A DNA stretch of 55,689 nucleotides, taken from positions 1 through 55,689 of IMG/VR virus record IMGVR_UViG_3300049142_000153; one strand, given 5' to 3'. The notes beneath the pieces are model-generated. The model did not search any database, had not been told where the DNA came from, and was given only the letters and a program-made list of their open reading frames with translations. Source of the stretch: a virus (Duplodnaviria > Caudoviricetes). Made by a program: the position numbers and the translations under genes. The number at the start of each line of letters is the position of its first letter. Position 1 is the stretch's first letter. Positions 10,216-20,606 of this stretch are shown here, in pieces.

Positions 10216-10573
10216 CATCGAAGCTGTGCTTGCCCCATGGGCGGAGTCGGTGACCGGAGCCTTCAGCGCCGCGGAGACGCCCGAAGACCTGGAGAACGTC
10301 CTCCCCGCCATCCGCATTGAGCGCGGCGGGGGAGCGGACGAGCAATTCAGCGAGCACCCCAGAGTGTTCGTCGACGTTTTCGCCGCTACGGCCGACGAGG
10401 CGCGCACTCTGGCGAACTCCGTTCGTGACGCGCTGCTCGCCCTCCGCGGCCCTGTGAACGGCGCAGTGATCCGGGACGTCCGCTGTGACTCCGGACCCTC
10501 ACGGCAGCCATGGGCGAACCCCGCGGTCCACCGTCGCGGAGCCACGTACAGCGTGAGTTTCCGGGCCGCGTAA
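10208..10573 (+). CDS. Tail terminator
   Basis: R.GG.D...P.V.VDVFA motif; precedes major tail gene. Confidence 0.75.
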   Translation: MPDIEAVLAPWAESVTGAFSAAETPEDLENVLPAIRIERGGGADEQFSEHPRVFVDVFAATADEARTLANSVRDALLALRGPVNGAVIRDVRCDSGPSRQPWANPAVHRRGATYSVSFRAA

Positions 10574-10638
10574 ACCACTGACACCTTGACCCGCCGTCCA
10601 CCGAGGCGTGCGGGTCTCTCGCATGCCCTGGAGGGCTC

Positions 10639-11229
10639 ATGGCGGATACCCGCAACGCGGATCTGACTTTTGGCGCAACCGACTACCTGGTCTACCTCGC
10701 GCCGATCAACACTGTCGCTCCGACCGGATTCACCGACCCCGCGACCGCATGGAAGATGCTCGGCTGGGTTACGACGGAGGGCGGCCTCTTCAAGATCGAA
10801 GAGGAGTCGAAGGACGTCGAGGCGGCCGGCTCGCTGGAGCCGATCCGGACCCTGATGACCAAGTCCACGAAGAGCCTTCAGGTCACATTCCTGGAGGGTC
10901 TCAACCCGCTCGTCCGGTCCCTGTACGACAACGTCCCGGTCGCGAGCCTGGAGCCCAACGAGACGACCGGCATCGCCTCGTACGACCTCCCCGACAAGCC
11001 GGACGACCTCCGGTACGCCTACGTTTTCGACACGCTCGACGGTGACAAGCGCATGCGCCTGTACATGCCGAACGGGAAGGTCATCGAGCGCGGCGACGAG
11101 CAGCCGCAGACGGCGGACGTCATGCCAGTGCAGATGACTTTCCGCTTCTACAAGGGCGCCACGGCGAAGGCTGTGAACCGCTCCATCGACTACGGCGACG
11201 TTGACGTCAGCGGCTTCTTCCCCGCCTGA
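10639..11229 (+). CDS. Major tail protein
   Basis: YLAP..T.AP...W..LGW...G motif; synteny. Confidence 0.85.
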   Translation: MADTRNADLTFGATDYLVYLAPINTVAPTGFTDPATAWKMLGWVTTEGGLFKIEEESKDVEAAGSLEPIRTLMTKSTKSLQVTFLEGLNPLVRSLYDNVPVASLEPNETTGIASYDLPDKPDDLRYAYVFDTLDGDKRMRLYMPNGKVIERGDEQPQTADVMPVQMTFRFYKGATAKAVNRSIDYGDVDVSGFFPA

Positions 11230-11329
11230 CGCGCATGACTAGCGGGGCCCGTATCTGCGCGGGTCCGGGCCTCGCTTCAGCTCCATCGACCCGCGCAAAA
11301 CGTTTGACGCTGACTTAGGAGACCCGCGC

Positions 11330-11659
11330 ATGTCTGAGACCACCACGACCCCCGCTGAGGCGCAGGAGAACGAGGCGACCTCCGAGGAGTTCAACACGCA
11401 CGAGCTCGCCGGCGTCGAGCTCCGGGTGAAGCCCGTGGGCCAGTGGAGGCCGTCCTACCTCCGAGCGCTCCGCACTGCCGACTTCGAGACGTGGGCCACC
11501 GGCGCGCTCCATGAGGAGGATGCGGCGAAGTTCGTCGAGCTGGACGCGACGTTTGACGAGATCGGCGCCTTCACGGCGTCGCTCATGGAGTCCTCCGGGG
11601 AGGCCCCGGGAAAGTCTGGAACACGCTCCGCACGGCCGAAGACCACGCGGAAGCGCTAG
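11330..11659 (+). CDS. Tail assembly chaperone (G)
   Basis: Between major tail and tape measure genes; slippery G GGA AAG near its 3' end. Confidence 0.85.
   Translation: MSETTTTPAEAQENEATSEEFNTHELAGVELRVKPVGQWRPSYLRALRTADFETWATGALHEEDAAKFVELDATFDEIGAFTASLMESSGEAPGKSGTRSARPKTTRKR
11608..11614 (+). other. Programmed -1 ribosomal frameshift site G GGA AAG
   Basis: In-frame X XXY YYZ heptamer; -1 frame is open into ORF 11719-12072. Confidence 0.88.
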
Positions 11660-12072
11660 AAGCTGACTTCTGCCGCTACTACCCCGGTACCGACTTCCTC
11701 GACGTCTACCGGGGCCGGATGTCCCTCCGTAAGCTCCGCGTGCTGATTGAGCACCTTCCGCCGGAGAGTGCAACGAAGACCGCGCTCCGCAACTCCGTCC
11801 CCGTCGAGGCGCTGGAAACGGCAACGGGGGAGAGCCGCCCCGACCTGGCGCCGTGGAGCGGTACAGAGATCCTCCTCGCGTCCGTGAAGGACGAGGTGCG
11901 GCTGCTCCGCATGGTCATGGTCGCCGCGAATGGCGGCAAGCCCGGTGAGTTCGAGCCCACGCCGCGACCCGGCGTTCCCCCGAAGTCCGCATCAGCGACG
12001 CGGAGAGGGATGACAGACGAGCAGCGCGCGGCGCTTGACCCGCGGCTGAGAAACCAGCCGAAGGAGGCGTAG
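11608..12072 (+). CDS. Tail assembly chaperone frameshift extension (T part of GT)
   Basis: -1 frame reads GKVWNTL..ALEADFCRYY..DVYRGRMSLRKLRVLIEHLP without a stop. Confidence 0.82.
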   Translation, partial: GKVWNTLRTAEDHAEALEADFCRYYPGTDFLDVYRGRMSLRKLRVLIEHLPPESATKTALRNSVPVEALETATGESRPDLAPWSGTEILLASVKDEVRLLRMVMVAANGGKPGEFEPTPRPGVPPKSASATRRGMTDEQRAALDPRLRNQPKEA

Positions 12073-12075
12073 CGC

Positions 12076-15000
12076 ATGGCCGGCAACATGGACATTGTCG
12101 GGACGGTCGCAGTCGACGTAGTCCCGATTGCTCCAACCCTCCACGCGAAGCTTCAGGCGATCGTCCTGCCTGCTGCGGACCGTGTGGGTGAGGAGGCAGG
12201 GCGCCGCATGGGCGACGCGATCTCGGACCATATCCAGATTGCGATCCCTAACGCCGTTCTCACGGGCGGCCAAAGGGCCACCGTTGCCGCTCGACGACAA
12301 GGGGATCAGGTCGGCGGGGCGTTCGCCCGGTCCATAAAGACCCGGCTGGAGGTAGCGTTCCGGTCGCTGCCGAAGGCGGATGTCCGGCTGAGTGATACCG
12401 GATTCAACGCCGACTTGGCGCGTCTCAGGGCCCGCATGGAGACGCTGAGCCGTAAGACGGTCGGTGTCGACATCGACGCCGTACGGGCCGAAGCAGAGAT
12501 CAAACGCATTGACCTCGAACTGAAGCGGCTCGGAGCCAACCACCCGGACGTGAACGTCAGGGCGGACACGGCGACGGCTCGCGCGGCCCTGGCGGAGATC
12601 CGGGCGGAGATTGCGGCGGTCGATGCGTCGGAGATCGACATCGACACGACTGCCGCGACGGGGTCACTCATGCGCCTCGCAGCGTCCATCGGTGGCGTTA
12701 TGGCGATCCCGCTCGTTCCCATTGCCGTGGCTGGTATCGGCGCGATTGCGTCGGCAGCTGTCGCGGCAGGAGCTGGCGTCGGAGCCCTGGCTCTTGCGGC
12801 TGTCCCCGCCATCAAGGGCGTCACGGCAGCGATCCAGGCGAAGACGGCAGCTGACAAGGAAGCCGCGACGGCGACGGACACCTCCGCCGCATCGACGGTG
12901 AAGGGCGCACAGCGTGCCCTTCAGATGGCGTCGGCTCAACAGGCTCTGACATCTGCACACCGCAACGCGGCCCGGTCCATCGCTCAGGCCAACCGACAGG
13001 TTGAAGGTGCGGAACGAGCCGTCGCGCAGGCTATCCAGCGTGCGTCTGACCAGCGGCGCCAGGCCGCGGAGAACATCGAGCGCGCTGAGCAGTCACTAGC
13101 TGACGCTCACCGGGGCGTGCAGCATGCAGAGCAGTCACTCGCCGACGCTCAGCGTCAGTCGACGCAGGCGCAGGCAGACCTTACGCAGGCTCGCGCGGAC
13201 GCTGCTCGTCAACTCGCCGATCTGAACGACCAGTTGGAGCGTGGCAAGCTCGACGAGCGTGACGCGACCCTCCGCGTCAAGGAGGCGCAGGAGGAGCTGA
13301 ACCGCACTCAACTGGAGTACGACGCCGGCAGGGCGACAGATCTCCAGATGGAGCGCGCACAGCTCGCCTATGACCAATCGGTCGAGGCTGCAAAGCAGCA
13401 GAAGAAGGACAACGCGCAGCTTCAGAAGGACGCAGAGGCCGCGCGGAAGGCGGGCGTCGAAGGTAACGACGCCGTCAAGCAGGCAACCGACAGGGTGGCC
13501 GCCGCTCAGCGCAACGTCCAGGACCAGACCCAAGCTGTTGCCGACGCTCAGCGCAACGTCCAGGACCAGGCGGAGGCTGTTGCCGACGCTCAGCGCGCCG
13601 CCGCGCGTGCGCAGGTCGAGTCCGCGCAGACCGTGGCCGACGCTCAGCGCGCCCTATCGGATGCCGTGACGAGCGCAGCCAACACGCAGGTTCAAGCCGC
13701 GGAGTCCATCGCGTCCGCGGAGCGAGGCATCGAGTCCGCTCGACTGTCCAGCATCGACACGACCAGGAAGGCCGCGACGAAGGCTGACGCATACCGCGAA
13801 GCACTCGCGAAGCTGACGCCGGAACAGCGAGATCTGTTCGACTCCATCGCCGGCCCGAAGGGGCTCACAGCAGCCTTCAAGGCATGGTCGAAGGAGCTTC
13901 AGCCTGACGTCCTCCCGCTCTTCACGCGGGGTGTCGACGGGGCGAAGAACTCGCTCCCTGGCCTCTCGCCGCTCGTAAAGACCGCCGCGGACGCTGTTGG
14001 GGAGCTCATGGACCGTGCGTCCGCATCCCTGAAGTCCCCGTTCTGGCAGGGATTCAAGGACGACATTGCGGCGAACGCGAAGCCCGCGATCATCGGACTC
14101 GGCGTCGCGTTCGGCAACGTGCTCAAGGGCATGGCCGGAATAGTCGACGCCTTCCTCCCGCACATGGACGGCATCTCCGCGACGATGCAGCGCATCACAG
14201 GGCGATTCGCCAACTGGGGAAAGAACCTCAAGGGCTCACCCGAGTTCGAGCAGTTCCTCCAGTACGTCAAGGACACATCCCCGGCGGTTGCTGAATTCCT
14301 CGGGAAGCTGCTAACGGCCGCGCTCGACGTCGCGCAGGCGCTCTCGCCACTGAGCGAAACCATGTACGCGGTCTTCGGGCCAGTGCTCGACGGACTGGCG
14401 TGGCTGGCGACGAATGCTCCCGGAGTCGTTCAAACCCTGTGGGGTCTCTACGTCGTCCACAAGGCGATAGCGCTCGGAATGAGTGCGTTCGGCGTGGCGA
14501 TGGGGATCTACAACACCGCCGTAGCACTGGCGACGCTGGAGACCTGGAGTTGGGCCGCAGCAATTCAGGCGACGGGCATTGTCCCGCTGATTGAGCTGAT
14601 CGTTATCGCGGTGGCCGCTCTCGTTCTCGGGATCATCTGGGCGTACAAGAATGTCGGGTGGTTCCGAGCCATCGTCGACACGACGTGGAAGGCCATAGCC
14701 ACCGGGACGATGTGGCTATGGGAAACCGTCCTCCAGCCCTTCCTGAAGTTCACGTGGGAGGGCATCAAGCAGCTCGGTGACATCGCCGTGTGGCTGTGGC
14801 AGCATGCCATCTGGCCTGCGTTCAAGGGGATATGGCTCGCCGCCAAGATCTTTCTTGCGGTGATCATCACGCTCGTAATCGCACCGATCTGGATCGCACT
14901 CCAGGCACTCGGAAAGATCGCGATGTGGCTGTGGGAGCACGCGTTCAAGCCTGCCTTCGAGGCTATCGGCAAGCTTGCGGTATGGCTCTACAAGAGCGTG

Positions 15001-16854
15001 ATCAAGCCGCAGTTCGACTTGATCGCCTCGATAGCGAAGTGGCTGTGGGAGAAGGCGCTACAGCCGATCGTGAAGGCCATATGGGATCACCTGAAGTGGC
15101 TCGGGGACAAGTTCCTGTGGCTCTACTCGCACGCAGTGAAGCCGTCGATAAACTTCATCGCCGACAAGGCTGCATGGCTGTACGAAAAGGGCATCAAGCC
15201 GCAGTTCAAGGCGATGCGGAGCGCCCTCGACGTACTCGCCGACGCGTTCCGAATTGCGCGGGAGGCGATCGGGAAGCAATGGGACCAACTCCGGAACATC
15301 ACGAAGGCTCCCGTCAACTTCCTGATCAAGTGGGTTTACACGAACGGCGTCAAGGCCGTTTGGGATAAGGTCGCGAAGTTCGTCGGACAGCCCAAGCTCC
15401 CTGACGGCCCGAAGCTCCTCGAAGCGGGCGGCACGGTGGGCGACGGATGGTCTGTCGCAAAGCCGATGAAGACGAGCCGCCCGACGGCAATCGTCGGGGA
15501 GGGAAACCCGCGGTACCCCGAATTTGTCATTCCCACGGACCCCAAGTATCGAGGCCGCGCTCTCGCGCTGCATCAGCAGGCGGGGACGCAACTCCTCGAA
15601 TCCGGCGGCATCCTCGGATCCGCTTGGGACTGGACGAAGGACACCGTTGGCGACGTCATCGGTAAGGGCATCAACTGGGCGAAGACCGGCGCGGACCTCC
15701 TGACGGACCCGTCGAAGATCTGGGGCCGGCTCATGAAGCCGATCCTCGGCAAGGTCAACGCCGGCGTCGGCGTCGGCTCCGCTCCCATGGGTAAGGCACT
15801 CGCGAAGTACCCGGGACGCATGGCGGACGGTCTGAAGGACAAGATCCTGAACGCCGTCGCCGACATGTTCACTTCGGGTGGCGGAGTAGGCCAGTGGGTG
15901 AAGCCCGTCAATGTCCCGTACGGAACGCGCTTCGGCGTGGCGGGCTCGATGTGGAGCTCCGGGCACCACACGGGCCTCGACTTCCCCGCAGCCATCGGCA
16001 CAGCCGTCAAGGCGGTCGCCGGCGGAACGGTGTCGAGCGTCGGCACCGCGGGACCGTACGGCAACCACCTGGAGATCAGCCACGGTGGCGGCCTGTCCTC
16101 CCTCTACGCGCACCTCTCCAAGATCCTCGTCGGGCTCAACCAGCACGTAGCGCAGGGTCAACAGATCGGCAAGGTTGGCGCGACGGGCAACGTCACTGGC
16201 CCTCACCTCCACCTGGAGGCGCGGGTCAACGGCAAGTCGGTTGACCCCATGCCATACCTGACGGGTGGCGGAGCGGGGACGGCGACGTCGAAGAGCATCT
16301 CTTCGGCGAAGGCGTACGCGAAGGGACTCCTCGGACAGTTCGGATGGGGAGCGGACCAGTTCCCCGCCCTGGAGAAGCTGTGGCAGGGCGAGTCCGGTTG
16401 GCGTTGGAACGCGGAAAACCGCAGCTCCGGTGCCTACGGAATCCCGCAGGCACTTCCGGGCTCAAAGATGGCGTCTGCCGGCTCCGACTGGAAGAGCAAC
16501 GCTGCGACGCAGATCCGTTGGGGCCTGGACTACATCAAGCATCGTCCCGACTACGGCTCCCCGTCGGCCGCGTACGCGAAGTGGCTTGGCCGCTCCCCGC
16601 ATTGGTACGACGACGGCGGTTACCTACCGCCGGGTCTCTCCCTCGTCGCGAACGGCACCGGATCCCCGGAGCCCGTCTTCACCGGGTCTCAGTGGGACGA
16701 CATCCGAGCCGCGAAGAGCGGCGGAGCGACGGAGATCCACGCCGACGTGAAGGTCTTCGTTGGCGACCGCGAGATCACGGACATTGTGCGCACGGAGGTG
16801 ACGGCGCGCGAATCACTCACGGCTTCGGCCATTGACGACGGAAGGTGGACGTGA
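12076..16854 (+). CDS. Tape measure protein with C-terminal M23 peptidase and lytic transglycosylase domains
   Basis: 1592 aa; Ala/Gln coiled coil, Trp-periodic repeats, HTGLD...HLHLE, ESGW...GAYGIPQALPG. Confidence 0.93.
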   Translation: MAGNMDIVGTVAVDVVPIAPTLHAKLQAIVLPAADRVGEEAGRRMGDAISDHIQIAIPNAVLTGGQRATVAARRQGDQVGGAFARSIKTRLEVAFRSLPKADVRLSDTGFNADLARLRARMETLSRKTVGVDIDAVRAEAEIKRIDLELKRLGANHPDVNVRADTATARAALAEIRAEIAAVDASEIDIDTTAATGSLMRLAASIGGVMAIPLVPIAVAGIGAIASAAVAAGAGVGALALAAVPAIKGVTAAIQAKTAADKEAATATDTSAASTVKGAQRALQMASAQQALTSAHRNAARSIAQANRQVEGAERAVAQAIQRASDQRRQAAENIERAEQSLADAHRGVQHAEQSLADAQRQSTQAQADLTQARADAARQLADLNDQLERGKLDERDATLRVKEAQEELNRTQLEYDAGRATDLQMERAQLAYDQSVEAAKQQKKDNAQLQKDAEAARKAGVEGNDAVKQATDRVAAAQRNVQDQTQAVADAQRNVQDQAEAVADAQRAAARAQVESAQTVADAQRALSDAVTSAANTQVQAAESIASAERGIESARLSSIDTTRKAATKADAYREALAKLTPEQRDLFDSIAGPKGLTAAFKAWSKELQPDVLPLFTRGVDGAKNSLPGLSPLVKTAADAVGELMDRASASLKSPFWQGFKDDIAANAKPAIIGLGVAFGNVLKGMAGIVDAFLPHMDGISATMQRITGRFANWGKNLKGSPEFEQFLQYVKDTSPAVAEFLGKLLTAALDVAQALSPLSETMYAVFGPVLDGLAWLATNAPGVVQTLWGLYVVHKAIALGMSAFGVAMGIYNTAVALATLETWSWAAAIQATGIVPLIELIVIAVAALVLGIIWAYKNVGWFRAIVDTTWKAIATGTMWLWETVLQPFLKFTWEGIKQLGDIAVWLWQHAIWPAFKGIWLAAKIFLAVIITLVIAPIWIALQALGKIAMWLWEHAFKPAFEAIGKLAVWLYKSVIKPQFDLIASIAKWLWEKALQPIVKAIWDHLKWLGDKFLWLYSHAVKPSINFIADKAAWLYEKGIKPQFKAMRSALDVLADAFRIAREAIGKQWDQLRNITKAPVNFLIKWVYTNGVKAVWDKVAKFVGQPKLPDGPKLLEAGGTVGDGWSVAKPMKTSRPTAIVGEGNPRYPEFVIPTDPKYRGRALALHQQAGTQLLESGGILGSAWDWTKDTVGDVIGKGINWAKTGADLLTDPSKIWGRLMKPILGKVNAGVGVGSAPMGKALAKYPGRMADGLKDKILNAVADMFTSGGGVGQWVKPVNVPYGTRFGVAGSMWSSGHHTGLDFPAAIGTAVKAVAGGTVSSVGTAGPYGNHLEISHGGGLSSLYAHLSKILVGLNQHVAQGQQIGKVGATGNVTGPHLHLEARVNGKSVDPMPYLTGGGAGTATSKSISSAKAYAKGLLGQFGWGADQFPALEKLWQGESGWRWNAENRSSGAYGIPQALPGSKMASAGSDWKSNAATQIRWGLDYIKHRPDYGSPSAAYAKWLGRSPHWYDDGGYLPPGLSLVANGTGSPEPVFTGSQWDDIRAAKSGGATEIHADVKVFVGDREITDIVRTEVTARESLTASAIDDGRWT
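13504..13595 (+). repeat. 42-bp (14-aa) tandem repeat inside the tape measure gene
   Basis: gctcagcgcaacgtccaggaccag..gctgttgccgac repeated (AQRNVQDQxxAVAD). Confidence 0.75.
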
Positions 16855-16963
16855 TGGACGAGGCGGACGAGATTCCCGTCTACGAGGCGCCCCCAGTGGA
16901 GCAGATCGACTCCCCTGACACCAGGCCCCGACGAGGAATCGAGCCGGCACCTGGGGGCGTCGA

Positions 16964-19198
16964 GTGAGCGTCGCAACCAACCTCCTGCCGTCGAACACCT
17001 CCAGTATCGATACGGACACCTCCGGGTGGGCGGCAGGTTCGAACACGACGATGGTCCGGAGTACGTCCCGTGCGTACTCCGGCACCACGTCGCTTCAGCT
17101 GACGGCTACGGCCGCTGGCTCCGTCACGGCCACCACCTCTGCGCGCGTGGCTGTGACGGCTGGCAACGTGTACACGGCGTACAGCTACTTCTCAAACGTC
17201 GTAGCTGCCTCGGGACGGACGTCAACGGTCACGGTCACGTGGTACGCGGCCGTCACTGGCGGAACCGCTATCTCGTCGGTGACGAGCGCGGCCTCAACCC
17301 TCCCGAACAGTACGGCGTGGGTGACCCCTCCGCCCGTTCTTATCGCCACGGCCCCGGCTGGAGCCGCATACGCATCCGTCACCGTCACGGCAACCGGGCT
17401 CACGGCCGGAGCCGCGATCACGACGGACCTGGTCTCATTCGGTCCGCCTGCCACGATCCCCGGCAACCTGCTGCCCTACAGCGTGCAGAGCTGTGAAGTA
17501 GACGCGACAGGGTGGCAAGGGATTTGGCAGACGACGGTTAGCACTTCGTCAACGCAGTCCTTCGAGGGATGGCGCTCCCTGTCGATCACGTCGACAGGTA
17601 CCGGCTCCTGCCGCGCAACGCACGCCAACGCAGTCTCCGTGACGGCAGGCGTCGAGTACTTTTCGTACGTCTGGGTGTACGCCCCGCCGTCGACCTCCGA
17701 CTGGTACACGAACGTTCGGTGGTACGACGTCGACGGCAACATCCTCTCCACGAGCACGCAACAGCGGGTGCTGACCCCGTCGGCGTGGACGCGGATAGCT
17801 GTAATCGGCACGGCTCCCGCCGGAGCCGTGACCGCCAGGCTTGTACTGGAGCCGGTTGCTACAGCCGTCGGTCAGACGTGGCTCTGCGACCAAATGGCCC
17901 TTCTCCCGGCTCCGGTTATCGCTGGCAGCCTCCTGGGCTACGCCGCGCAAGGCATGGAGACCGGGTCAACGTCGTGGGTCGCGGCAGGCGGATGCACTAA
18001 AGCCCGCTCGGAGGATGTGGCGTGGGAAGGCATCGCTTCCCTGAAGATCACGTGCGACGGGACGAGTGACGCGGTCGTTCAATTGGCCTCGTCCGTACCG
18101 GTGACGCCCCGACAGGCGTACCGGATCACGCCGCACCTGTACCACTCGGGACGCACCACGGCGCCCCTGATTGACCTGATGTTCTATTGGTACAGCGCCG
18201 CTGGAATACTCGTATCGACGAGCTTCAGTCGGTGGTACCTGGGGACGAACACAGGGTGGTACGCCCCCATCGGGTCGGCTGTAGCTCCGGACAACGCCGT
18301 TGCTCTCAAGATCGGATTCCGGTTCCTGAGCCCCGCAAACGGGGACACTTATTACGCTGACAACCTCTCGGTTGCTCCTGGAGGTCTCGGAGCGGTCGCC
18401 GACCTGGTCTCGGGCAGCTACGGTGCCCGGATCTCGATTCAGGGTCTCACGACTGACGGCATGACCAAGTGGGGCGCCTGGAGGATGCTCGACGACGGCT
18501 CCATGACACCACTCAGAGGCCCTGACGGTGACCTGACGAACGCCACGATCACGGGGGATCTGGCAATCGTCGAGGACTATGAGGCTCCTTTGGGTGTCGC
18601 ATGCCGGTACTACGTCAGGGTTTGGACCACCTCCAGCTACTACCGGGCCTCCACCTCAGAGCCGATCACGCTGCCGGAACCCCCGGACACCATGGTCGTC
18701 ATCAAAGACCCTGGCCTCCCCGCCCGTTGGGCGGAGGCGGTCGTCTCGCGGGGCGGCATGCCCGACTGGACGAGGAGCGCACGACAGGGCGTCAACCCGG
18801 TCCGCGGCCGTGCCCGGCCCATCATCATCTCTGACGTCCGCACGTCGCGCACGGGGACGATGACCCTGGTCACGGAAACACAAGACGAACTCGACTCCAT
18901 GTGGTGGCTCCTGGAGACAGGGAACACGCTGCTTCTCCAGTGGCCTAGCGAGTGGGGCGAGCGTGACGTCTACGTCCAGGTAGGCGACGTGACCGAGGCG
19001 CACGTAGCCGAGTACGCGGGATACCGGGACCGGACGTGGAGCGTCCCACTGACCGAGGTCGACAGGCCAGTTGGCGGCATCACCGGGTCAACTGATCGCA
19101 CGTGGCAATCAGTGCTTGACACTCGCGCTGACTGGCTCGACGTCATGACCAACGCGAACTCCTGGCTTGACGTCTACACCGGAATTCAGGGGGGCTGA
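16964..19198 (+). CDS. Minor tail protein with three carbohydrate-binding-like repeats
   Basis: Three NLL/SLL..(D/E)....W...G..SL...AP.GA-like repeats, then a distal-tail-like C terminus. Confidence 0.75.
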   Translation: MSVATNLLPSNTSSIDTDTSGWAAGSNTTMVRSTSRAYSGTTSLQLTATAAGSVTATTSARVAVTAGNVYTAYSYFSNVVAASGRTSTVTVTWYAAVTGGTAISSVTSAASTLPNSTAWVTPPPVLIATAPAGAAYASVTVTATGLTAGAAITTDLVSFGPPATIPGNLLPYSVQSCEVDATGWQGIWQTTVSTSSTQSFEGWRSLSITSTGTGSCRATHANAVSVTAGVEYFSYVWVYAPPSTSDWYTNVRWYDVDGNILSTSTQQRVLTPSAWTRIAVIGTAPAGAVTARLVLEPVATAVGQTWLCDQMALLPAPVIAGSLLGYAAQGMETGSTSWVAAGGCTKARSEDVAWEGIASLKITCDGTSDAVVQLASSVPVTPRQAYRITPHLYHSGRTTAPLIDLMFYWYSAAGILVSTSFSRWYLGTNTGWYAPIGSAVAPDNAVALKIGFRFLSPANGDTYYADNLSVAPGGLGAVADLVSGSYGARISIQGLTTDGMTKWGAWRMLDDGSMTPLRGPDGDLTNATITGDLAIVEDYEAPLGVACRYYVRVWTTSSYYRASTSEPITLPEPPDTMVVIKDPGLPARWAEAVVSRGGMPDWTRSARQGVNPVRGRARPIIISDVRTSRTGTMTLVTETQDELDSMWWLLETGNTLLLQWPSEWGERDVYVQVGDVTEAHVAEYAGYRDRTWSVPLTEVDRPVGGITGSTDRTWQSVLDTRADWLDVMTNANSWLDVYTGIQGG

Positions 19199-20307
19199 TG
19201 TACGCCGTCAGCTCCCGATTCCTCCAGACCCTGCCGACCTCTCACTCCATGATCGCCAGGGCTGACGTCCACTACGCCGGCGCACTGCTGAAGGCTGACC
19301 TTCCGATCGCCGACGGAGCCGTGACCATCGACCGTGGGTCGAAGATCCGGCGATCCCTCGCCCTGACGGTGAGCGACCCGAAGTTCCTCCCGTGGAATGC
19401 GATAGACCCTCTGGCGGTCTACGGTCAGTCGCTCGTCGTCAGCCGCGGAATTCGGTACGCGAACGGGCTGGCAGAGATGGTCCCGCTTGGGACTTTCCGC
19501 ATCGACGAGCCGCAAGGGGACGTGCACTTCGGCCCCGTGACCCTGACGGGCAAGTCGTCGGAGTGCTACATCATCGACGACAAGTTCCTCACGCCGAAGA
19601 CCACTCGCGGATACGCGAACTGCGTCGACGCCATCAGTGCACTAATTCGCGAAACACTCCCAGACGCCGTGATCGTCAATGCCACGGCTGGCGGACGCAA
19701 TCCAGCTGTCGCAGTGACGACATGGGACGCCAACGCTGACCGTTGGGACGCCGTTCAACAGATAGCACTGGCGATGCAGGCGGACATCTACGTCGACGCG
19801 CTCGACCAGTTCGTAATCACCGACGTTCCCGAAGTCCTTTCCTCTCGTGTTGTCTGGGACATCAACGAGGGAGAGGGCGGAACGCTCATGTCCGCCTCCC
19901 GCCAGATGTCAAGAACGGCCGTTTACAACGCCGTTGTCGCGTCGGGTGAGAACACGGCATCAAACAGTGTTCCGGTGAGCGCCGTTGCGTACGACAGTAG
20001 CCCTTCCAGTCCCACGAGATGGGGCGGTCCTTTCGGCAGGGTACCGAAGTTTATTTCGTCTTCCCTGTGGACGACGACGGGCGCCTGTCAGGCTGCCGCG
20101 GACTACGCGCTTTTCGACGCGATAGCACCGAATGTGGCGACGTCAATAGACAGTGTCCCTAACCCTGCCCTGGAGGGCGGGGATTGCCTGCGAATCGGAT
20201 ACGAGAAGCGCAAAGAACTCTTCATCCTGCAATCCGCGACGATCCCGCTCACGGCTGAAGGCAGCTTTTCTATCAGCCTCCGAGGCGGGAAGGAGGACGC
20301 GTCGTGA
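19198..20307 (+). CDS. Minor tail protein (DUF5047-like)
   Basis: MY.VS.RF, VPLG.FRI, VYNAVVA.GE and PNPALE.GD motifs. Confidence 0.78.
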   Translation: MYAVSSRFLQTLPTSHSMIARADVHYAGALLKADLPIADGAVTIDRGSKIRRSLALTVSDPKFLPWNAIDPLAVYGQSLVVSRGIRYANGLAEMVPLGTFRIDEPQGDVHFGPVTLTGKSSECYIIDDKFLTPKTTRGYANCVDAISALIRETLPDAVIVNATAGGRNPAVAVTTWDANADRWDAVQQIALAMQADIYVDALDQFVITDVPEVLSSRVVWDINEGEGGTLMSASRQMSRTAVYNAVVASGENTASNSVPVSAVAYDSSPSSPTRWGGPFGRVPKFISSSLWTTTGACQAAADYALFDAIAPNVATSIDSVPNPALEGGDCLRIGYEKRKELFILQSATIPLTAEGSFSISLRGGKEDAS

Positions 20308-20561
20308 CGACCAGTAAGCGGCTCGCAGACGCCGTCCAACGTGCTGCAAGCCGCACCATCACGCAGGAGGCCGCCGCGTGGCGCCTGGCGACCGTGACGG
20401 CCGTCTACACGGACGGGACCGTCGACATAGCCACGGCCCACGGGCCGGTAGCGAAGGTGCGGCGGCTTAAGGCATACACGGCGGCCGTCAATGACCACGT
20501 CGTCGTCCTGACGAACTCCGACGGAAATTGGGTTGTCATCGGCGCCCTTGCCACGTCTTAG
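20304..20561 (+). CDS. Small tail-associated protein
   Basis: ATVTAV..DGTV...Y...V.D.V...W.V.G OB-like pattern; coupled to upstream gene. Confidence 0.65.
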   Translation: MTTSKRLADAVQRAASRTITQEAAAWRLATVTAVYTDGTVDIATAHGPVAKVRRLKAYTAAVNDHVVVLTNSDGNWVVIGALATS

Positions 20562-20606
20562 CGGTAGTAGTGCTACCGAATTCAATTTAAAAAGGAGACT
20601 GCCGCT

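Noticed and set aside
4614-16212. Long antisense ORFs (e.g. 4614-6059, 9379-10584, 15058-16212)
   Set aside because: Shadow ORFs expected opposite GC-rich genes; no motifs or RBS support
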